64,000 nt of DNA from Candidatus Parcubacteria bacterium. GTDB taxonomy: Bacteria > Patescibacteriota > Minisyncoccia > UBA6257 > 2-01-FULL-56-20. Location of the stretch: NCBI GenBank assembly GCA_003599135.1, contig QZIV01000007.1, forward strand, positions 3,944 through 67,943. The letters are read 5' to 3'. This document shows positions 58,181 through 64,000 of the stretch, one piece after another. A program made the translations under genes and the position numbers. Numbering within the stretch: the first letter of the stretch is position 1; every line of letters begins with the position of its first letter. Below the pieces are notes generated by a model. It was not told the DNA's origin. It ran no database searches and saw only the letters and a list, made by a program, of their open reading frames with translations.

Positions 58181-59107
58181 ATGTACGACCTCATTATCGT
58201 TGGCGGCGGCCCCGGCGGAGTTGCCGCGGGCGTCTATGCCGCCCGGAAAAGAATAAAAGTGCTTCTTGTGACCGACACCTTCGGTGGGCAGTCTTTGGTT
58301 TCCGCCGACGTCCAGAACTGGATTGGCACAAAGTCCGTCTCGGGTTTTGATCTCGGGAAAATGCTCGAGGAGCACCTCCGAGCGCAGGAAGGAATCGAAA
58401 TCATCGACGGCGATCTCGTGGAAGAAGTGGGGAAAATTGAAGGGGGGTTTCAGGTGAAGACGAAATCGGGGAAATCTTTTGAGACAAAGTACGTACTTAT
58501 TACGTCGGGAAGCCGCCGGAGGAAGCTCCAGGTGCCCGGCGAGAAAGAATTTGAAAGCAAGGGAGTGTTTTACTGCTCGATCTGCGATGCGCCCGTTATG
58601 AAAGACAAAGTTTCCGTAGTTGTTGGCGGCGGGAACGCGGGCCTCGAAGCGGTGCTCGACCTTCTGCCCTACGCCACGAAGATTTACCTTCTTGAGCGCG
58701 GAGAGCACATCAAGGGAGACCCGGTAACGTTCGAGAAGATTAAAAAGGATCCGAAAGTCGAAGTTTTGACGCAGACAGAGACCCTGGAGATCAAAGGTAA
58801 AGATTTCGTAACGGGTCTTGTCTATAAAGATCTCCAAACCGGGAAATCGGCGGAACTTGCGCTCGACGGCGTTTTCGTCGAGATCGGGGCGGTCCCGAAT
58901 TCCGAGTTCGTAAAAGATCTCGTGGAACGGAATCCGTTCGGGGAGATTGTCGTCGACCACAAGACCCAGGCGACGTCCTGCCCGGGCATCTGGGCGGTGG
59001 GAGATGCAACCGACGTTCTCTATAAGCAGAACAATATCTCGGCGGGAGACGCCGTAAAGGCAGTTTTGAACATCTACGAGCGTATTTCAAAGGGAAAAGG
59101 GGCTTGA
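58181..59107 (+). CDS. trxB: Thioredoxin reductase
   Basis: IIVGGGPGGVAAGVYAA (FAD), redox-active CSICDA and VVGGGNAGLE (NADPH) motifs. Confidence 0.85.
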   Translation: MYDLIIVGGGPGGVAAGVYAARKRIKVLLVTDTFGGQSLVSADVQNWIGTKSVSGFDLGKMLEEHLRAQEGIEIIDGDLVEEVGKIEGGFQVKTKSGKSFETKYVLITSGSRRRKLQVPGEKEFESKGVFYCSICDAPVMKDKVSVVVGGGNAGLEAVLDLLPYATKIYLLERGEHIKGDPVTFEKIKKDPKVEVLTQTETLEIKGKDFVTGLVYKDLQTGKSAELALDGVFVEIGAVPNSEFVKDLVERNPFGEIVVDHKTQATSCPGIWAVGDATDVLYKQNNISAGDAVKAVLNIYERISKGKGA

Positions 59108-59133
59108 CAGGGTTTCGGATCCTGCGCTAAACT
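59104..59133 (+). promoter_or_regulatory. Sigma70-like promoter of groES-groEL
   Basis: TTGACA (59104-59109) overlaps the trxB stop, followed by an 18-nt spacer and TAAACT (59128-59133). Confidence 0.4.
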
Positions 59134-59136
59134 CTC

Positions 59137-59163
59137 TTGGCACTCTACGGTCGAGAGTGCCAA
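59137..59163. promoter_or_regulatory. CIRCE-like inverted repeat (candidate HrcA operator), variant TTGGCACTC-N9-GAGTGCCAA
   Basis: A perfect 9-bp inverted repeat with a 9-nt spacer lies between the -10 and the groES ATG. It differs from canonical CIRCE (TTAGCACTC-N9-GAGTGCTAA) at one symmetric position per arm. Confidence 0.6.
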
Positions 59164-59176
59164 TCTTTTATTCAGT

Positions 59177-59467
59177 ATGACGTTTCAACCATTATCAAAC
59201 CACGTTTTTCTCGAACCGCTCGAGGAGGAGAAGACCACGAAGTCTGGTATTGTTCTCCCCGACACGGCGGAGCGTGAAAAACCGATTAAGGGCAAGGTGC
59301 TCGCCACGGGCCCCGGGAAAGTGAACGAGAAGGGCGAGCGGGTGCAGATGTCGGTCAAGGTCGGCGACATGGTTCTCTTCAAGAAGTACGGCCCCGATGA
59401 AATCGAAATCGAGGGGAAGAAGTATCTTGTTGGAGACGAGGACGATATCCTAGCGATTCTCAAATAA
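59177..59467 (+). CDS. groES: Co-chaperonin GroES
   Basis: 96 aa with the typical GroES mobile loop and core. Confidence 0.9.
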   Translation: MTFQPLSNHVFLEPLEEEKTTKSGIVLPDTAEREKPIKGKVLATGPGKVNEKGERVQMSVKVGDMVLFKKYGPDEIEIEGKKYLVGDEDDILAILK

Positions 59468-59471
59468 GAAG

Positions 59472-61115
59472 ATGGCAAAACAAATTTTATTCCACGAAAA
59501 CGCCCGAAGCGCGATCAAAAAAGGGATCGATAAACTCGCGGAGGCGGTCCGGATGACGCTCGGTCCCCGCGGCCGCGCGGTTATCATAGAAAAGAGCTAC
59601 GGCGCGCCCCAGGTAACCTTCGACGGCGTGACCGTCGCGAAAGAAATCGAGCTTGAAGGAAAGTACGAAAATATCGGCGCGGAGTTCATTAAACAGGCGG
59701 CCGAGAAGACGAACGACAACGTCGGAGATGGAACGACAACCTCCGTCGTTTTGGCTCACGCGATGATCGATGAGGGAGAGAAAGTCATCCGCGAGAAGGC
59801 GTTTAACGTCATTCACCTCGCGGAGGAGCTCAAAAAATACAGCCAGACTGTTTTGAAGAATCTCGAAGGGCAGAAAGAACTTATTAACGACAACAAAAAA
59901 ATCGAAGAGGTGGCGACGCTCTCTTCAAAGGACGAAAATATCGGCAAGCTCATCGCCGAAGTGATGGTAAAGGTGGGCCGGGACGGAGTCGTAACCGTCG
60001 AGGACTCAAACACGATCGGCAATTCCTACGAGATGGTGGAAGGAATGCAGTTCGATCGCGGCTACGTCTCGCCGTATATGGTTACAAATCAGGAACGAAT
60101 GGACGCGGTCCTCGAAGACCCCTACATTCTCGTGACCGAAGAAAAAATCTCGGCGATTAGCGACCTTCTCCCGGTTCTCGAAAAGATCGTCCAGGGCGGG
60201 AAGAAGGAACTTGTGATTATTGCCGAAGAAGTCGAGGGCGAAGCGCTTGCGACCTTAATCGTAAACAAACTTCGCGGCGTCTTCAGTGTCCTCGCGGTAA
60301 AAGCTCCCGGCTTCGGCGACAGGCGGAAAGAGATGCTCCAGGATATCGCGATCGTGACCGGGGCGCAGTTCGTCTCAAAGGATCTCGGCAAGAAACTGGA
60401 GAACGTTGAACTTGCGGATCTCGGCCACGCGCACCGGGTCGTTTCGAACAAAGATAATACAACGATCGTAGGAGGAAAAGGGGATAAGAAGGAAATCGAG
60501 AATCGCATCTCACAGCTCAAGGCCCAGATTAAAAAGACGGATTCCGATTTCGACAAAGAAAAACTCCAGGAGCGGCTTGGGAAGCTTGCGGGCGGCGTTG
60601 CGGTGATCAAAGTTGGTGCCCCGACCGAATCCGCGCAGAAAGAGTTGAAACAGCGCGTCGAGGACGCGGTTGCCGCGACTCGCGCCGCAATGGAAGAGGG
60701 AATCGTTCCCGGCGGCGGCGTTGCGCTCTTCAATGCGAATCTCGGAGAGTCTTCCGACGCTCCGGCGAGCGAAGCCGTGATGATACTCCAGAGAACGCTC
60801 GAGGCGCCCCTCCGCGCGATTATCTCAAACAGCGGCGAATCTCCCGAGCGCATCATCGATCAGATCAAGCGTGAACGCGCGAAGGGCAACAAATGGGTCG
60901 GTTTCAACGCGGTAACGAATAAGGTGGGAGACTTAAAAGAAGCGGGCATCATCGATCCTTTGAAAGTCACGAAGACCGCGTTCGTAAATGCGGTATCAGT
61001 TGCAAGCAACTACTTGATGGTAGGCGCCGCTGTCGCGAACATCCCCGAAAAGAAAAGTCCTCCGTCGGGCGGAGGCGGCATGGGAATGCCGGGCGGAATG
61101 GGTGAAGACTACTAA
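59472..61115 (+). CDS. groEL: Chaperonin GroEL
   Basis: 547 aa with a GDGTTT ATP-binding motif and a C-terminal GGM repeat tail (GGGGMGMPGGMGEDY). Confidence 0.95.
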   Translation: MAKQILFHENARSAIKKGIDKLAEAVRMTLGPRGRAVIIEKSYGAPQVTFDGVTVAKEIELEGKYENIGAEFIKQAAEKTNDNVGDGTTTSVVLAHAMIDEGEKVIREKAFNVIHLAEELKKYSQTVLKNLEGQKELINDNKKIEEVATLSSKDENIGKLIAEVMVKVGRDGVVTVEDSNTIGNSYEMVEGMQFDRGYVSPYMVTNQERMDAVLEDPYILVTEEKISAISDLLPVLEKIVQGGKKELVIIAEEVEGEALATLIVNKLRGVFSVLAVKAPGFGDRRKEMLQDIAIVTGAQFVSKDLGKKLENVELADLGHAHRVVSNKDNTTIVGGKGDKKEIENRISQLKAQIKKTDSDFDKEKLQERLGKLAGGVAVIKVGAPTESAQKELKQRVEDAVAATRAAMEEGIVPGGGVALFNANLGESSDAPASEAVMILQRTLEAPLRAIISNSGESPERIIDQIKRERAKGNKWVGFNAVTNKVGDLKEAGIIDPLKVTKTAFVNAVSVASNYLMVGAAVANIPEKKSPPSGGGGMGMPGGMGEDY

Positions 61116-61130
61116 TCCGGTTTTGGACTA

Positions 61131-61160
61131 AAAATCCCCAGCGTCACGCTGGGGATTTTT
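61131..61160. terminator. Bidirectional intrinsic terminator between groEL (+) and folA (-)
   Basis: A perfect 13-bp stem (AAAATCCCCAGCG/CGCTGGGGATTTT) with loop TCAC. A/T runs on both sides give U-tracts in either orientation. The folA stop codon lies in the 3' arm. Confidence 0.7.
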
Positions 61161-61635
61161 AGTTTCTGCGCTTGTACGTTGTGAACCGAAAACCTTCGTG
61201 AAGTTCTTCTTCTGCGGTCGCCCAGTCGCCGTTCTTGATTTCCGGAAAGAATACATCGCCCTCAACGTCTTTTTCGACGTGCGTGATGTAGAGCACATCG
61301 GCTTTGTCGATCGTTTGCTTAAAAACTTCTCCGCCGCCGATTACGTACACATCTTTCCCTTCGAGGCTTTTGAACGCCTCTTCAATCGATGTGAAATGCA
61401 AAACTCCCGGCGCAACCTCATAGTCGGCATGCCTCGTTATGACGACGTTCGTCCGGTCGGGCAGGGGCTTTCCGTTCCGCTTCAAAATCGACTCAAAAGT
61501 TTTCCGGCCCATAAGCACGGTTTTACCTTTTGTAAGAGTGCGGAAGCGCTTCAAATCCTCCGGCAAGTACCACGGCAGGTCGTTTTTGGCACCAATGACG
61601 CCGTTTTGGGCAACCGCGGCGACGAGCGCAATCAT
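61159..61635 (-). CDS. folA: Dihydrofolate reductase
   Basis: N-terminal MIALVAAVAQNGVIGAKNDLPWYLPEDLKRF and 158 aa. Confidence 0.9.
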   Translation of the reverse strand: MIALVAAVAQNGVIGAKNDLPWYLPEDLKRFRTLTKGKTVLMGRKTFESILKRNGKPLPDRTNVVITRHADYEVAPGVLHFTSIEEAFKSLEGKDVYVIGGGEVFKQTIDKADVLYITHVEKDVEGDVFFPEIKNGDWATAEEELHEGFRFTTYKRRN

Positions 61636-61638
61636 GGG

Positions 61639-62481
61639 TTACACCGCAACCGGGAACTTGATCGCCGGATGGGGGTTATAGTTTTCAAGCTTAAAATCTT
61701 CAAACATTAGTTCCCAAAACGGCTTTTTGGCGATGGCAAGAGTCGGCTTTTCTTTCGGTGTTCGGGAAAGCTGTTCTTTCGCTCCCTCGACGTGATTCGC
61801 GTAGATATGGCAGTCGTTCAAGTAATGGCTGAACTCCCCGATCTTGAAACCGCACTCTTGGGCGAGCATTTGTGTGAGGGTTGCGTAGCAGGCGATGTTG
61901 AAGGGAACGCCGATCATAAGGTCCGCAGAGCGCTGGGTGAGGTGACAGTTTAGGCGGCCGTCCGCGCTTACGTGAAACATGAAGAGGAGATGACACGAAG
62001 GGAGAATGGGCCGCTTCGGGTCGTCCTTCGGCCGGTGGAGATCGGATGGGTTCCAGGCGGTTACGATCATCCGTCTGTCGTTCGGGTCGGTTTTGAGCTT
62101 GTCGATCACGTTCTGAACTTGGTTGATATGGTTCAGCGTGATTTTCCCCGTCTCCGGATCTTCGAGATACTGTTCCCACTTGACCCACTGGTAGCCGTAG
62201 AGGTTCCCGACCTCCCAATTTTTTTCTTCGGAGGTCCACGGGTCCCAGATCTTCGTATGCTGACGGAGATTTCGTATGTGAGTCTCGCCCGTTAAATACC
62301 AGAGGAGTTCCCGGATCACGGCATCAAAATTCACCTTTTTCGTGGTGAGGAGCGGGAATCCCTCGGCGAGGTTGATTTTGTAGTGGACGCCGAAATACGA
62401 AATCGCATCGACGCCGGTGCGGTTTGTTTTTCGCTGGCCCTTTTCGAGCACAAGCCGTACTGCGTCCAAATACTCTTTCAT
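61639..62481 (-). CDS. thyA: Thymidylate synthase (ThyA type)
   Basis: ThyA-specific blocks (RRMIVTAWNP, PCH active-site Cys) in 280 aa, directly upstream of folA. Confidence 0.9.
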   Translation of the reverse strand: MKEYLDAVRLVLEKGQRKTNRTGVDAISYFGVHYKINLAEGFPLLTTKKVNFDAVIRELLWYLTGETHIRNLRQHTKIWDPWTSEEKNWEVGNLYGYQWVKWEQYLEDPETGKITLNHINQVQNVIDKLKTDPNDRRMIVTAWNPSDLHRPKDDPKRPILPSCHLLFMFHVSADGRLNCHLTQRSADLMIGVPFNIACYATLTQMLAQECGFKIGEFSHYLNDCHIYANHVEGAKEQLSRTPKEKPTLAIAKKPFWELMFEDFKLENYNPHPAIKFPVAV

Positions 62482-62512
62482 CGTTGCAGTAACTATATCA
62501 AAGAGGTTTCGC

Positions 62513-62540
62513 TTGCGCTACTTTTCGATTGAGGTATAAT
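62513..62540 (+). promoter_or_regulatory. Promoter of lemA, predicted leaderless
   Basis: TTGCGC (62513-62518), a 16-nt spacer and a consensus TATAAT (62535-62540). The lemA ATG at 62550 is 9 nt downstream. Confidence 0.4.
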
Positions 62541-62549
62541 CTTCCTCAC

Positions 62550-63092
62550 ATGGAATACCTTCTGATAATTCTCGCGGTTATCGTTGTCTGGGTTATTTTA
62601 GTTTACAACCGCCTCGTAACGCTCCGGAACCGCGTTAAGGAAGCGTGGTCTGATATCGACGTGCAGTTGAAGCGCCGATACGACCTCATCCCGAACCTTG
62701 TCGAAACCGTAAAAGGATATATGACTCACGAGCGCGGCGTGTTTGAAAAAGTGACGGAAGCTCGCGCAAAGGCGATGGGCGCGACTCCGGGCCACGAAAA
62801 AGCGGGAGCGGAGAACATGCTCACGGGCGCCTTGAAGAGTTTGTTCGCGGTTGCCGAAAATTACCCCCAGCTCAAAGCGAATGAGAACTTCGGAAAACTC
62901 CAGGACGAGCTTTCGGACACCGAGAATAAAATCCAGGCAGCGCGGAGGTTCTATAACGGGAACGTACTGGCCTTGAACACGAAAGTAGAAACCTTCCCGT
63001 CGAACCTCATCGCTGGCGCGTTCGGATTCAAGAAACAGGAGTTTTTCGAGGCGGAAGGGGAAGCAGGACGGCCCGTTAAAGTCGGCTTTTAG
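62550..63092 (+). CDS. lemA: LemA-family protein
   Basis: An N-terminal TM helix and conserved LemA blocks ([22 protein letters not shown]). The ATG at 62550 is preferred over the track's TTG. Confidence 0.75.
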   Translation: MEYLLIILAVIVVWVILVYNRLVTLRNRVKEAWSDIDVQLKRRYDLIPNLVETVKGYMTHERGVFEKVTEARAKAMGATPGHEKAGAENMLTGALKSLFAVAENYPQLKANENFGKLQDELSDTENKIQAARRFYNGNVLALNTKVETFPSNLIAGAFGFKKQEFFEAEGEAGRPVKVGF

Positions 63093-63095
63093 AAC

Positions 63096-63989
63096 TTGCG
63101 TTCGATGGCGTCTCTCTACGACCACAAAGAGTCTAATATTCGGCGCACATGGGCGCTCTTTACGGGGTTCCTGATACTCGTCATCGGTTTGGGGTTCGCG
63201 TTCTCGTATGTCTTCCAAAGCCGTGCCATTCTCGCGTTTGCAATACTCTTCAGCGTCATCACGAGCTTCATCGGCTACTGGTCGTCCGACAAGATCGCCC
63301 TGGCGATCTCCGGCGCCCGGCCTACCGAGAAAAAGGAAAACCCTTATCTTTGGAACATAGTCGAGAACCTCTCGATTACTGCGGGGCTTCCGATGCCGAA
63401 GCTCTACATTACGCCGGAGAAGCAGATCAACGCCTTTGCGACGGGGCGGAACCCCGAGAACGCGGTGATCGCGGTGACGCAGGGCGCGTTGGAGAAACTC
63501 GAAAACGAAGAACTTGAAGGAGTACTCGCCCATGAGCTGTCACATGTCGGCAACCGCGACATTTTGGTCTCGACCGTTGCGGTTGTGCTTGCGGGCGTGA
63601 TTTCCATGCTTGCGGATTTCTTCCTGCGCTCGATGCTTTGGGGCGGCCGGAGCCGCGACAACCGGGGAGCGGGAGGGATTCTTATCGTTCTTGGAATTGC
63701 CCTTGCGATCCTCGCGCCCTTGGGAGCCATGCTCATGCGGCTTGCGATCTCGCGGAAGCGGGAGTTTCTTGCGGACGCCTCGGGGTCGCTCCTTACGCGT
63801 TATCCCGAAGGCCTAGCCCGCGCACTCGAGAAAATCGGCCGTGATGCCGCTCCCATGCGGGCGGCGCACGACTCAACCGCGCATCTCTGGATTTCGAATC
63901 CCTTCAAGGGGAAAGGGTTTCACAAGTTATTCATGACCCATCCTCCGCTCGAGGATCGCGTGAAAGCGCTTCGCGGAATGTCTCTATGA
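63096..63989 (+). CDS. htpX: Zinc metalloprotease HtpX (M48 family)
   Basis: TM helices and an HELSHV (HExxH) motif. Close linkage to lemA is a commonly observed pairing. Confidence 0.8.
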   Translation: MRSMASLYDHKESNIRRTWALFTGFLILVIGLGFAFSYVFQSRAILAFAILFSVITSFIGYWSSDKIALAISGARPTEKKENPYLWNIVENLSITAGLPMPKLYITPEKQINAFATGRNPENAVIAVTQGALEKLENEELEGVLAHELSHVGNRDILVSTVAVVLAGVISMLADFFLRSMLWGGRSRDNRGAGGILIVLGIALAILAPLGAMLMRLAISRKREFLADASGSLLTRYPEGLARALEKIGRDAAPMRAAHDSTAHLWISNPFKGKGFHKLFMTHPPLEDRVKALRGMSL

Positions 63990-64000
63990 CCTACCGCTTC

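Noticed and set aside
58022-58960. 312-aa ORF antisense to trxB; also 60122-60856 antisense to groEL, 62598-63533 antisense to lemA/htpX, 27763-28542 antisense to a nucleotidyltransferase and 34754-35338 antisense to the C-methyltransferase
   Set aside because: All overlap highly conserved genes on the opposite strand and lack motifs.

Overview
This 64 kb window is a high-GC bacterial chromosomal segment. Gene content (RNase Y and RNase J, SecG, DUF360, LemA and HtpX, many YfhO/GT genes, no outer-membrane genes) suggests a Gram-positive-type or Patescibacteria-like (CPR) organism; that placement is inference. Housekeeping genes sit at both ends: ileS (3' end), trpS, rnj, tRNA-Leu(CAG), secG, gpmI and rny on the left, and a dsbA/grx/trxB redox cluster, groES-groEL with a CIRCE-like operator, folA-thyA, lemA and htpX on the right. 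Between about 11.2 and 56.6 kb lies one contiguous cell-surface glycan biosynthesis island of roughly 45 genes.

The island appears to combine several nucleotide-sugar routes:
- GDP-6-deoxyhexose: gmd, a gmm-like Nudix gene and two tandem fcl-like paralogs.
- GDP-D-glycero-alpha-D-manno-heptose: the complete hddA-gmhA-gmhB-hddC set, plus a third fcl-like paralog and cupins that could modify the heptose.
- dTDP-6-deoxyhexose: rmlB, two RmlD-like paralogs and a TylCIII-type C-methyltransferase.
- A tarIJ-like arrangement of a Zn-dependent polyol dehydrogenase and a cytidylyltransferase, next to a GatZ/KbaZ-family protein, a GDPD-family protein and a second nucleotidyltransferase.

It also encodes:
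- Wzx/Wzy-type assembly genes: a WbaP-like initiating phosphotransferase, a Wzx flippase and two Wzy/WaaL-like membrane proteins.
- About ten glycosyltransferases: GT2 and GT4 enzymes, two CgeB-like proteins and a YfhO-like plus GtrB-like pair.
- An unusual 664-aa fusion of a Gfo/Idh/MocA dehydrogenase with an FAD oxidoreductase.

No CRISPR arrays, transposases or integrases were seen. Several operon-initial genes have -10 elements placed 6-9 nt from the ATG, suggesting leaderless transcripts. All coordinates derive from the supplied ORF track and my reading of the sequence. Functions are assigned by motif and family recognition only, with no database search.
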